A stretch of 64,000 bases of DNA from Tubiluchus corallicola (lineage: Eukaryota; Animalia; Priapulida). Under the pieces are notes generated by a model, which saw nothing but the letters and a program-made list of their open reading frames with translations, ran no database searches and had not been told where the DNA came from. The position numbers and the translations under genes are program-made. Position 1 is the stretch's first letter, and every line of letters begins with the position of its first letter. The DNA is taken from the NCBI GenBank assembly GCA_030141605.1, contig JAQGDQ010000001.1:1550001-1614000 (forward strand), read 5' to 3'. Shown piece by piece: positions 24,301-33,952 of the stretch.

Positions 24301-27300
24301 TGTGTGTAGTTTGATTTAACGAATGGCGAATTTTGGAAACTGGATGCTTCCTAAAAGTAAAAAACCTGTCTTTTTTAAATTGGATATTTTTTGGTGGTCA
24401 GAGGGAATTTTTTTTCATTCTATGCGTCGTGTGAACATTTGTGTTGAGACAAAATTAGTGTATGAAGAACATTTAAATGCATTCTTAGTGATGTATTACG
24501 TGAATTTTTATATCCTTTGTCAGATCCTTTTTTATAACATTTAACCCAAACGAAGTGTGTATAACAACTTTACATCAATTAAAACTTGCCCAGCTTTTTG
24601 CATTTTTGCTAAACTCGAGCAAACTACTGGAAGATAAAACCACATTTTTAATTGTCAATCAGTTTAATTGTCGAGAATTTTAAATGTCAATCAGTTTGGA
24701 CAAAATAGTGCCTCATCCCAGTTACTTTGAAGCATGCGTCTGCTACAAAGTGCATATTCCAGTTTTATTTATTTAGAAGTGCAAATAAGGCTGTTCATAC
24801 TAATTTTTTGTTTTGTTTTACTTATTTGATTTTTTCATTTCGGTAACCACGAAAATGGGGTAGAGAGATAGAATGCAGGCAGCCATGTCATGGGCTTTAT
24901 TTCACACGGCAGAGTCATACCAAATTACACTGTTGGTTTTCAACCAAGCACGCGAGTCTCAAAGTATTGTGTGGGTGGTAATAATGCTTGTTATGTAGTG
25001 TAGGCCATGCAAACTTCTCGTGCTTAGGTTAGTAGTTGACGTGAAAACTTACTTATGATAAGGATCATTGTTATTATTTGTTATTATTTATTATTATTGT
25101 TTGGTATAAGCATTATATGGCAACAAAATGTAAACTGCATCTGTTTTTCTGGAGCAGAGTTAGTGGTGATTAGCATGTACAGAACACACACAATGCTTTG
25201 AGAGCACCTTGTATTAATTACACCATTCAGTTACTGAGTTAGTCAAGTCCTAAGAGTTAAGTGTACAAAGAAGTCCTGTACATTGCTTCTGTAAAATTTG
25301 CAATATCCCTATAGTGAGGAAAATTGAAGTAATACGGAAATTTTCATTTGTTGCAGTATTGTCTTTATTGAGGTATTTGCAGAAATTACTGCAAACCCTG
25401 TTGAATGCCTACAAATCAGTAATGAGTCAGAGCCTTTATAAAGCCTTTATAAAAAGAGGAAATCAAATTTTGCTCTAAAATGACAGGTTTACAAAACACT
25501 GTAGAAAAGTTTTGACAAATCCTTAATTTTAAGCCATGCTTTACTTTCTGTTCATATTTGGAACTTGATCTTTCATGTATCTAGCTATCAGACATGCTAC
25601 CATGAAACCATTGTACCTGATTATCATACTGCTTCACCCTTGGAAGTTGTATGGTGATTAACTATTCATGTTTTGCAGGGTTCTGGAAGAAAGAAGTCGT
25701 GGGTTCCAACCAGAAAGGAGCGTGTAACTGAGCAGACTTATGCAATGTCTCGTTGGACGCCTGTTGTCAAGGACATCATGGAGGTAAAGAATCTGATCCA
25801 AACTTATGCAGCTTTTCTTTACAGTTTAAATTCAGGTGCAGATAAATAAAAATGTGATCATCATCGGCTTTATTTCTTTTAGGATGCCATTGAAGACAAA
25901 CTGGATGCAAGATTTTTCCCCTTTCTTGCTGGGAGAGATCCAGGTGCATCTTATGGATCAGCACCACGCAGGTAACATTCTTAACCTTTCTAATGATCAG
26001 TATTTATTATTAGGTCTCATAATCAAGTGGAAATCAAATTGGCATTAAATATACTCTGTATGATTCACGTGTCTCAAAAATTGGAAAAATTCCTACTGCT
26101 GCTGCCACAAAAGAGTCAAAAGGAAATTGCTTGATTGTTATGTGATCTTGTTGTGTTCGTATGAGAAGTTAACTTGTAACAAAGAGAGCTAGTTCTTTGT
26201 ATAAGCCGTATTTTGAATGTAATAATGCTAATGGGTCACTGTTGTTGTAAATTATTATTATGCAGAACCAGTTAATAATAGCAGAAATTACAAATCCTTA
26301 TTAATATTTTGCTTACACACTTTATTTTCCTGCTGCTGCTTATCAATCAATTCTGCCATTTATTTGTTCATTTTCATTTTGTTGATTTGTTTCGAATTTG
26401 AGGTCTTCCCTTTGATTACAAAGCCTTTTTGTCATTATTGCTTGCTATCGGGTGAGCCATTGTTAGTCCATCATAATTTTCTTCATGCCATCTGTTCAGA
26501 GTGAATGAAAACAGTTCTAATGGGTTTATCATATACCCCACCACCTACCTACCCCTTATATTGATATCGACATCGCATGGATGTGGCTTTTTGTTCATTT
26601 TGTTCTTCCTCCTTCCAAAGACAGGCAACAACATCACTTGTGTTAAATAACGGGAAATCATAAGTGGTTTCTAGTTACATCGGCGGTAGCGTCGATTGCT
26701 GCTGGCTCACATGTGTGAAAAAAGCGTGAAATCAGATAACGATAGTCATGACTAGATCAACTACCTATCATGTGACATACTGGCATTATCACATCTCCTG
26801 CCTCCTTCTTACCCTAAACTTGATCTCTTAACAGCAATTTCGATGATTTCTGTCAATATACGATACTCATTTTGTTTCTGTGCTATTTTTGTGCCTAAAG
26901 GCAGATTTAACAGGCTTCTGTTTTTCTTGGCTACAATTTTTCGTGCCGCTCTCTCCTGATCTTATTCATTTACTGCATTTGTTACTACCTAGGATAATGT
27001 CACTACTACTGTTACTGCATCATCATCATCATAATAATAATAATGAACATCATCATTATTTTGTTCATAAAACCTGATCATAATCATTATCATTTTGTTA
27101 ATCGACAAGTCCATTGCAGCAGTGGAACCCATTACTACTTCTTGATGTTGAATTTGAAATCTAGTTTTTGCAATCCAGTATGGCAATCTACATTTTTAGA
27201 ATTTCAATCTATTGGTACTTTTTAAAATGGCTTGCAATGTAATAAGTATTGAACTTGTTAAAACATTCTTTTTTTGTTTTTTTTCTCATTTTTATGTTAT

Positions 27301-29666
27301 CTTTTGAAGCTAAAATGTTCTGCAATTTTCTATTGCAGCGCAAGATATGGGCAGTGGCACAAGGAAAAAGGTAGTGCTGCAAGCGTGCGCAGTGGACCAC
27401 GTCTGATCGTATTTATTGTAGGTGGCGTTACCTTTTCTGAGATGCGCGTTGCCTATGAAGTAACTAGAGCTGTGAAGAACTGGGAAGTCATGGTTGGTAG
27501 GTGTAATTATAATTTAATAATGTATTTTGAAAAGGTCTAGGTTAGAAAAAAGCTGTTTCCCAATTTGCAATGATTTTTGTAATTGTTATTTTCTAAAGTT
27601 CCATTTTTGAATGAGATTATTTGCACTTTTCTGATTTACTCATTTCATGAATCCTATTTATTCTTTCAAACTTTTCTTTGACAAGTCAACTTGTTCTCTT
27701 CGAGAGGTAGATACAAGTTCCTGTCCATGTGTACCTTTTTTTGCTACAAGAAGTTGCTGATCATGCTGAGATGATGAAACTGAACAAATTGGCAGGCTTG
27801 TATAGTGTCTGTCCTGGCATTAAGATGTTGACTTATTCTTAACTTTTTTAACCTTGTATTTCTGCAGACAGCACCCTTTCTTCGTACATGGATAATATCT
27901 AAACTTGTCAAAATTTATAAAAATATAAAAAGATGGAAGACTGTATTGTAAAAACTGTTGCAGTATTAGTATCATGGATGTTTGACATCCAAATTGTTTG
28001 ACAGTCTGCTGAGCAGTCTGTTTCAAGCCTGATGGTGCCCAGATAATGACTAAGCTGGTGCACAAAAGCATAACGGCTGCATCAAGCATATACTATTTTT
28101 ACGCATTTCGGTGGGTGTAGCTAAGAAGTTAGATTGCAAATTATTTGTATAGTCTTTGTTGGTTTTCCTATAGTCTACTATACCATTCCATGTCAGCGGA
28201 TAGAAGAGTTAGTACGTTTGGAATTTGGAAATGTTTTACCAGTATCATTCAGTCGATGTACTCTGAAACAAAAGCGATTCTAAGTTTAAAACATCTGTTG
28301 GTGTAAAGCATGGTGCGCGCCATCAAGATATTTGTTATTCGTGTTATTTATCAGCCTGTAAATCAGATATTGAAACAACTGGAAGACAATGGCTTTCTTC
28401 GCCAGAAGCATGAATTGCTGTAACAATTGTCAAAACTCAAAGTACTTTCAGATTTTTGCAATGAAAGGTGTTTAATGATTAATAAAGTATAAACTAAATT
28501 TTTTGTTCTAAACAGCGAAATTGAAGGCAATTCTGATTAGTCTTGTTACAGTTGACAAATCAGTTGCCAATTATTGCATGTAATATACTTATTTAGGACT
28601 GTCATTACAAAAGATTCCAAGATTTCCTTTGTTGCTCAATATAGGTGACAAGCATTGTCGTTTGCTGAAGCAGAATTCTGTATGCAGAATTTGAGTGGAA
28701 AAACTTTCTGTGGCCCTTCGATGTTAAAAGGACAGCCTGGAAAGCTTCAGCCTTGTTTTGTACATGTGAAACTTGCTTGGTTTTTGCTCCTCTATTGCTC
28801 CGTCTTTGTAAATGGAGAGTATAAAGCTTTGTTTAGGGATGAGCCATAAAGCTCCAAATGACTTGTTTTAATTCAATGCCCCATCACCTGCAGCATAGGT
28901 CAAACTTAAGCAGTGAAAGTTTTTACGAAATGTGTGTAATTATGCAGAGCTTCACATTGTTGAAACTATTCACAATGCAAAATGTATAGGTTCGCACATA
29001 TCCTGAGATAGAGATGCACTGCTAAACATCCAGTTTTGACAGATATTGCAGATAGAATAGCTCGCAGTCCAAGCTGTGATGGAAGTAAAACTTTAGTGTA
29101 TAAATCATATGTGATCCAGTATATACTTGAACTATGGACGATGAATTCTGTCTTGTTGTCTGGATGAAAACAAGAGTTTCATCTCATTCCATGTGTATCG
29201 AGACCGGTAGCCGGACCCGCCCGCCTCGAGACTGTAGTACTTGCTCTTCGTACTCTCGAAATTCAATAGTTCAAACAAATTTCATGTCTTCTGCAACATT
29301 CTCTCACACATCCATGTCCTGCATCTGTTCCAGTTTAAGCTCTGTGTTTGCACTTAGCAATCATAGGAATTTCTGTTGCTTTATATGTGGATTAAATATG
29401 GGCTTGAATATTAATTTCCTTTTTTGTACATCATATGTTTTTAAACACAGCCTCGACTTCTGTTTGACTTGTTCAGTATGGAATGTTACAAGAAAATTTT
29501 AATTGCTGCTTTCTATCCATGTAATCATGTAATATATATGTAGAATATAATATATTAATGGTCAAAAAACAACTAACTAACTGCAAAAACATTTCTTTTT
29601 TTAGGTTCCACTCATATTCTTACACCGGAGGGATTCTTGAGTGATTTGAGTGCACTCAGTACTTGA
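3316..29666 (+). CDS. STXBP1: Sec1/Munc18 family syntaxin-binding protein (STXBP1/unc-18/Rop), whole-gene span, 16 coding exons, 1779 nt = 592 aa
   Basis: All exons join in frame with GT-AG borders. Motifs [85 protein letters not shown]. Confidence 0.97.
3900..4470 (-). mobile_element. Degenerate LINE (CR1/L2-like) ORF2 C-terminal remnant
   Basis: Minus strand reads [21 protein letters not shown]...[21 protein letters not shown]...LEERR, resembling the post-RT motifs LY..LV.P.LEY...VWSP and LEERR; contains stops and frameshifts. Ends approximate. Confidence 0.65.
4765..5946 (+). mobile_element. 5'-truncated non-LTR retrotransposon (CR1/L2-group LINE): RT C-terminus plus 3' UTR
   Basis: [12 protein letters not shown]...QYADDTTIY (YADD at 4837) is in frame with ORF 4924-5535. 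After a frameshift near 5435 it continues ...LLWNSLP...[10 protein letters not shown] to TAA 5751-5753. The 3' UTR recurs at 36855-37000. Confidence 0.92.
6060..6930 (-). mobile_element. Truncated Tc1-family DNA transposon end: transposase N-terminal HTH fragment plus terminal inverted repeat
   Basis: Minus strand from ATG 6191 reads [39 protein letters not shown] (paired-like HTH). Terminus CAGTCGTGGCCAAAAGTTT ends at 6930 next to TA. A Tc1 C-terminal motif ([12 protein letters not shown]) lies on the + strand at 6319-6373. Confidence 0.8.
7322..7453 (+). CDS. STXBP1: STXBP1 exon 2
   Basis: [43 protein letters not shown]; AG/GT borders. Confidence 0.95.
7677..7753 (+). CDS. STXBP1: STXBP1 exon 3
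   Basis: [25 protein letters not shown]; AG/GT borders. Confidence 0.95.
8212..8284 (+). CDS. STXBP1: STXBP1 exon 4
   Basis: [24 protein letters not shown]; AG/GT borders. Confidence 0.92.
10645..10748 (+). CDS. STXBP1: STXBP1 exon 5
   Basis: [34 protein letters not shown]. Confidence 0.95.
11346..11500 (+). CDS. STXBP1: STXBP1 exon 6
   Basis: [10 protein letters not shown]...[21 protein letters not shown]; donor AT|GTAAG in phase 2. Confidence 0.92.
11910..11994 (+). CDS. STXBP1: STXBP1 exon 7
   Basis: [28 protein letters not shown]. Confidence 0.95.
12597..12727 (+). CDS. STXBP1: STXBP1 exon 8
   Basis: [43 protein letters not shown]. Confidence 0.96.
13179..13298 (+). CDS. STXBP1: STXBP1 exon 9
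   Basis: [39 protein letters not shown]. Confidence 0.93.
13881..14091 (+). CDS. STXBP1: STXBP1 exon 10 (domain 3a)
   Basis: [15 protein letters not shown]...[32 protein letters not shown]...LCKVEQ. Confidence 0.96.
14202..14412 (-). repeat. 3' LTR (211 bp)
   Basis: Identical by eye to 18692-18902; element-strand AATAAA at 14262-14267; polypurine tract AAAACGAAGAGGA at 14413-14425. Confidence 0.97.
14527..18003 (-). CDS. Retrotransposon polyprotein: gag CCHC knuckles, aspartic protease, RT, RNase H, integrase
   Basis: CHFCGHKH...[21 protein letters not shown]; IDCGAS; FHDDVLIYG; [12 protein letters not shown]; HASHLG...CEIC; D-D-E (GSDL, SDN, VENAV). The GTG start is not a real eukaryotic start; the frame is open further upstream. 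Confidence 0.95.
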   Translation of the reverse strand: MQAVKPKTHKGSASKATGAKKKVIDCHFCGHKHEWDKNKCPAYGKTCNICHGRNHFQSMCKSRGRTDTRAKSFPSRRGQSVFGMANCEEKSNEYMIGTVTHTVHATEQCTTQQPQIYSEWLMEGTPTIFQIDCGASINIIPERLVPHHLCDKLATVNTVLEMWNKTKISPIGQVRLPIVNPVNKKSYSVNFLVVNENYVPLLGSCASQQMKLITVNENNFKRVESANVANMLCSDSSTRPTVHVSDVCSVADCNALLTEFSDIFSEVPGEFPGCVSLKIDPTVPPVVQPCRRLPYNMRDKFKAELDRLEQNNIIERVDHPTDWVNAYTTATKRSGSIRICLDPKPLNKAIRREIYHIPTMEELTPRLCNAKLFSTFDVTSGFHHMKLGEKTKDLTTFDTPFGRYRYTRAPFGISAWPEIFQKKMDEQIQGLKGIEDFHDDVLIYGCGTTITEAGVGHDNKLRAFFERCRERNIKLNPEKSQIRRSEVRYHGHILSANGIKADPDKVVAVQNMPAPIDKMGVRRLCGFVNYLAKFLPMLSEVLKPISNLISDKTEFRWNSEQEEAFAQVKKLITTSPVLRYYNPDEELTLQCDSSQSGLGACLMQNGQPVAFASRTLTATEQNYAQLEKEMLSLIFGIQKFDHYCYARKVKLETDHKPLESILKKSILSAPKRIQRMMLVLQNYDVEVVYRKGATMLMADTLSRASLPETDDIALEFETVRALEYVPATFKDEKLELLKVATVTDREMKALQSMIRSGWPCKVSEVQPDLRQYFNYRDELAINEGLIFKGERIVYPPSERLSFVRMVHASHLGIQGCLRRAREVVFWPRMNADFESYIQKCEICNAYPRSQQKEELIPQIATRPWQIVGSDLCEVNNTDYLITVDYYSNFFEIDKLESKEARTVITKLKAHFSRHGIPEMLRSDNVPFDSQEFKTFAKIYGFQHETSSPRYPKSNGKVENAVNTAKRLMKKALVAKEDPYLSLLAYRNTPAEGLNASPAQRLFGRRTRTTLPMPSSLLEPKLVPNTREKIIAQKDRQATYYNQQAKPLIQLMVGDVVRMDPLRKGKMWEKAIVIRKIGERSYLVKTESGTVYRRNRVHLRKTSETYIDESVYCPYDNMRQKQDVMPDRLNDNRQRNDNEIRTHSGRRIQRPKFLNDYVT
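18033..18581 (-). CDS. Retrotransposon gag N-terminal (capsid) part
   Basis: [50 protein letters not shown] are typical of Mag-type gag. Confidence 0.9.
   Translation of the reverse strand: MADGEGHVQVTSPYSVLPAPPRLDLHGNLAANWRKFRRVWDNYEVALKLNEANDAVRTATLLTVLGPECVEIFDGLEFENEADKTNVAMVLQQFEAFCVGETNETYERYCFNKRDQNPGETIDAYVSSLRTLAKRCNYGNLTDSLIRDRIILGITDNITRKRLLQESKLTLSSCITQVNLKI
18677..18691 (-). other. Primer-binding site, tRNA-iMet-like, imperfect
   Basis: TGGTAGTACGGATGG directly abuts the 5' LTR; compare the iMet complement TGGTAGCAGAGGATGG. Confidence 0.7.
18692..18902 (-). repeat. 5' LTR (211 bp)
   Basis: Identical by eye to 14202-14412. Confidence 0.97.
19520..19658 (+). CDS. STXBP1: STXBP1 exon 11
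   Basis: [46 protein letters not shown]. Confidence 0.96.
20517..20626 (+). CDS. STXBP1: STXBP1 exon 12
   Basis: [36 protein letters not shown]; donor GAA|GTAAGT. Confidence 0.94.
24124..24710. mobile_element. Possible MITE with about 20-bp imperfect terminal inverted repeats
   Basis: CATTATTTTGTCCAAAATGA at the left end versus reverse complement CACTATTTTGTCCAAACTGA at the right end; no clear TSD. Confidence 0.3.
25679..25783 (+). CDS. STXBP1: STXBP1 exon 13
   Basis: [35 protein letters not shown]. Confidence 0.95.
25883..25971 (+). CDS. STXBP1: STXBP1 exon 14
   Basis: [29 protein letters not shown]. Confidence 0.95.
26995..27095. repeat. Degenerate (CAT)n/(AAT)n trinucleotide low-complexity tract
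   Basis: Directly visible; source of the poly-H/N/D spurious ORFs. Confidence 0.8.
27339..27496 (+). CDS. STXBP1: STXBP1 exon 15
   Basis: [11 protein letters not shown]...[34 protein letters not shown]. Confidence 0.96.
28650..29320 (+). mobile_element. Old degenerate LINE ORF2 C-terminal remnant in STXBP1 intron 15
   Basis: [26 protein letters not shown] at about 29165-29245 resembles the R.SSH.L.IETGR...C..C motif of LINE ORF2 C-termini; weaker traces upstream. Ends approximate. Confidence 0.5.
29605..29666 (+). CDS. STXBP1: STXBP1 exon 16 (last coding exon)
   Basis: [20 protein letters not shown]; strong polypyrimidine acceptor. Confidence 0.96.
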
Positions 29667-32356
29667 ATCCATCTCCATTTGCAATCTGTGCCGAGCAACT
29701 AAATCAAATTACTAGTCATTTAAAGTTACTTGCAGTTCATTCTAGAACCAGCATGTGTAATGCACCACATATGTTTTTGCTTGCTTGCATTCAGCGTAAT
29801 GTATATCTTAAAACAGTATACAAGCTTGAATCGAATGTAACCGTAATAATGTGGTACAATAAACTATTTACTGTTGTTTTCAGATGTTGCATAACCTAAT
29901 TTTAGCCTATCTTTGCAGTTTAATTACAACTAAATTTATTTGTCAGAGTTTTTCTTCTTAAACTGGATATAATAAAGGGGAATTCTGGAGAAGTTTTGAC
30001 CATGTTTACGTGTACGTAATTCTAATTGCTTGGCCAATGTAACATACACCTTGCAATAATGCACTGTATTTAGAAAACTGGGAACAATTTGTTTTTGCAA
30101 AATTTAGGTAGAATCTTATTAGCAAAGAGAAGGTTGGATTTAAGATTACCCCCTTTTGTATACGTTTTTCAGTTTCATATGTTTGTCTAACTTGACACGT
30201 ATTATGCATGCCTCTTGAGAAAAGCTCATTACTTGTTCATTTCTTTGAATGTTAAAAGATGTGATTTTAAATTATTGGTATCTTTGTCAAGCATATTTTT
30301 GCTAGTGTGTGACATTGAAATGTGCATTTTTGACGATGATTCACATAGTAGCAAAAGCTTTAAAATTTGTTGTCGACAGTCTCGACTGAGCTGATTTTTC
30401 AAATTTATTAAAAAATTGTTTTTTGTCTCACTTTCTAGTCATTAGTGTAGGAAGCATGTGGTCGCTGATGCTCATTATTATTCGAAGAATTTTAGTGATA
30501 TTTATTGTTGGTAATCACTCGCTACGTTTTTATTATTTAATAAACCATTGGTATAAGATTAGAGCATGGAAGTTCATAATTAATAATTTTACCTTGTTAC
30601 CCTGTAATCCTGCAAAACCTATTGCAATATTATCAACTTGTAAGTCTAATAGCACAATTTAAATTATTTAATTTTTGGCTTAAACGAAATAAATATTAGT
30701 TCTATAGTTCTAACTCACATTATTACATATAGGGTTTTACTGTAGATGTGTGCTTGATGTTAAATTATGATAAAGTAAAATAAACACTTTTGCTTTCAAT
30801 CTATTAATAAATGTGTTAATGGAGTGTTGTAGTGCTGTTAGCTATACCTACGAACTCGGAAGTCTGTTTTATAGAGGCTCTGCTGCTAGGCATCACTTTG
30901 CTCTACGCTGATGCTGTCATTATGATTTGATTTAAGCAGCATGCTAATAATCACTATCATTTTTTTGAAATTAGCGTAACACAGCTTTAGTTAATCGCTA
31001 CTGCAGACTGGCAAGAGCTTGTCAGAAAATCAAACTGTTAATTGCTTTTGATATGAAGAAACAGGAAGTACATTCTTTGGTTGAGATTGCGAGAGACGGA
31101 TTATAATTATAAATACCGAATTTGCTATTAATGCTGCTTTGTTTCCCCATTGAGAACACATTGCATAATTAATTTAGTACTTTCATTATTAGGCAATTCA
31201 TTCCAGTGTGGTATGAGGTTACTCATTTCCATTTAATAGGTGCATCTATGATTTTATGGTGCCAGTACTGTATATGGTCACCTATGCAGTTGCAGCTGTT
31301 GTACTATACTTGGTTAGCATGTATTTGCATACTAAAGTTGTATGTCAATTGCACAAATAGAATTCACGTTGGTAGTTGGAGGAAGGAGCAGATTGTCTCC
31401 TTAGATCATGTTTAAATGTTAAGGTTAGCGAATTTTCACATGTGGCTGAAAAAGTGACCATTGAAATTTTATCCAGTATATTGTATATATAGGTCATCAA
31501 TTAGGAATTTAAAAAAGGTTAGTAATACATTCATCATTAATTATTAAAAATAGATTACATTATTTCACAAAATAATTAAATAAAATCTTGACAGCCAGAT
31601 TAGTTTACGTACTAAGAATTTTATATTTTACCAAGTGGAAAATTTTAAACAAGTAAAATGTCTACTACCATCTAGTAAACAAGGACCTTTAGTTAAGAAA
31701 ACTGTCGTAACAACTAGGCCATTTGTTCCCCAATAATTATTACAGTCCAAAGTGGCGTTAATGATAATCTTAACATCAAGATTATAAATCCTTACTACAC
31801 AAATAACGTCAGCTAAAGCTCGGTTTAATCATATTTAAATTTTTATTAAGCCTTGTTTATGTCAAACTTATTGTTATATTAACCTTAAACAATTATTAAT
31901 AATTATTAGAGGTTTATGTGCCTACTGTTTATGTAGTGACATTACTTGTGATTCCCAACTATGGAACTGTTATTATTTTATTACTTCGTAATATTTAATA
32001 CATATTTAACAAGCATAAATAAAATAATTGTAGTAGTATAGTCACATTTTAGTGCAGACATGCTGTTTTATTATAAGCTGAATCAGTGGTAATTTAGCTC
32101 CGTCGCGATGCGTTAGATGGCGCAAAATGTAAAGCAATGACGGCACGCTTACAAATCCTTTTCTATCAATGATCACAAAAACAACAGGCGCATGTGGAAT
32201 GGATGTTGTACAAGATTAGTATCTACTAATTTAGATTATTCAGTGAAAATTGAAAGAGGACGATAAACCCAAGATGGTTTTGTAATAATTATAAAGTTAG
32301 TATTCTTTTTTTAGTTCGTAGGAAATATAAAAACTGCACTTGGAGGACTATTAAGA

Positions 32357-32375
32357 ATGGACGAGCGCGATATCA
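32357..32375 (+). CDS. RXR: Candidate RXR first coding exon (distal; MDERDI)
   Basis: AGAATGG start and consensus donor A|GTAAGT in phase 1, compatible with both the 38534 and 49928 acceptors; CpG-richer region upstream. No homology support. Confidence 0.5.
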
Positions 32376-33539
32376 GTAAGTATAGATATGCAATTGCGAG
32401 ATTCAGTCATGGTTTAACTCGATAGTCGAATCAAGTACTTTTGGTTTTTTAATCCACGGTTTCCGATTCTTCATTTTCAGTACTCTGTTGATGATTGTGG
32501 ACTAAAGTTATGTGCGTCTGCATGATGTTGAATTAAATTCACATTGTTATTCGTGTGTCGTGAACAGAGTGTATTAAAAATTATGCATAATTTCTTAGGC
32601 TAACCCCAAGTGCAGAATTTTGTCCCAGTGCCAAAGCACTGAAGACAGTATATTATTGTGTTAACTAATGTACCTGTCATTTCACTTAATCAGTTTGTTT
32701 AGGCGGTGTTTGTAAAAATAAATTTGAATTCAAACGAGTTTCAAAAGAATGTCGTAAAAATATTACTAATAATTGGGTTCCAATATATATTTCACGTGCT
32801 GAAGACCTTGAATTTCATGAGCATGGCTCCTGTACCAAAATTTCATCTCTTTAATACATTTTATCAACATTCATACATGATTCACTAGAATCTGCTAACT
32901 GCTTTAGCTTGCAGTACACTTTTGTTTTGGGCGAAATGGCTTAAACAATTTTAAGCACAATATCTGTGAAAAACAAAATTTATAGTTCTTATAAGTTATT
33001 GAATTATTCAGATATGACAAACCAGAGCTTTAAAAAGCGAGAGTTAGACATTGTTATACTTTATACTGAACTCTCCATTCTGGATTATACATGTCTTGCT
33101 TTAGCAGTCAAAAAAGGCGTTGTTAGTCTTATTTTATTTTCTTAGGTTTCAGGTCAAGTAGGCCTATACAGGTTGTGTGCACTTTTGCTACTTGTGATAG
33201 GCATATAAAAATATTTATAAGTGTATGTGACATTAAATGCCAAGTACTTTACAGTTTTCTGACCCGAATTTTGACTACAATTTTGACTAAATTTTAGCTT
33301 TTAGATATATGAACTGCTAATTACTATATTACATGTCACAGTACACATGTGTGTAGCATTTTAAATTTTGGTCAAAACAATGGCAATGGTCTGATTCAAA
33401 ATTGTTTACATCTAGATAGCTTCTGGTTTGCCTGGATATTTTTTTGCCTATCAGTTTAATTAAATTGAACATATGCACTTTAATTTTTTTCCATTTTTTG
33501 TGATCGTGATACAATAAATCCATTAATTTTGTAATTGTG

Positions 33540-33952
33540 AATTTTTGAAAACAAGCTTGCCTGAAAGAAAGAAAATATGAAAAGGGCTGGACTGAGCCTG
33601 GTTTTGAACAACCTACCTTACAAATGCAATATCATAACCACTAGAACATACAGTCTCTTGTGATAATGACCAATGTTAATTCAGTTTTAATAACTACCCA
33701 ACCAAAGGAAAAGTACCTGGTTCAGATCCAGATTCAATGCCTTCTTTTTCGCATTACCTTTCTTGTGGTCAAGTTTCACAAAAATTGTTGAATTAAAATG
33801 TCACAATCTCTTGTGATAACAGCCGATGTCAGTTCAGTTTTAATAATTACCCAACCAAAGAAAAGGTGCCTGGTTTAGACCAGATTCTGTGCCTACTTTT
33901 TTGTTTTTTCTTTTGGTCAAGTTTGGTTTCAAAAATTGTAGAATTATTATGT
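33540..33952. repeat. Degenerate tRNA-related repeat with a diverged tandem duplication of about 153 bp
   Basis: 33654-33800 and 33807-33952 align (TCTCTTGTGATAA...CCCAACCAAAG...CCTGGTT...GGTCAAGTTT); A/B-box-like remnants on the minus strand at about 33590-33650. Confidence 0.6.

Noticed and set aside
28990-29010. AG|GTTCGCACATATCC resembling an alternative last exon (GSHI versus GSTHI)
   Set aside because: Weak acceptor, immediate stop, and it lies within a degenerate LINE remnant; likely coincidence.
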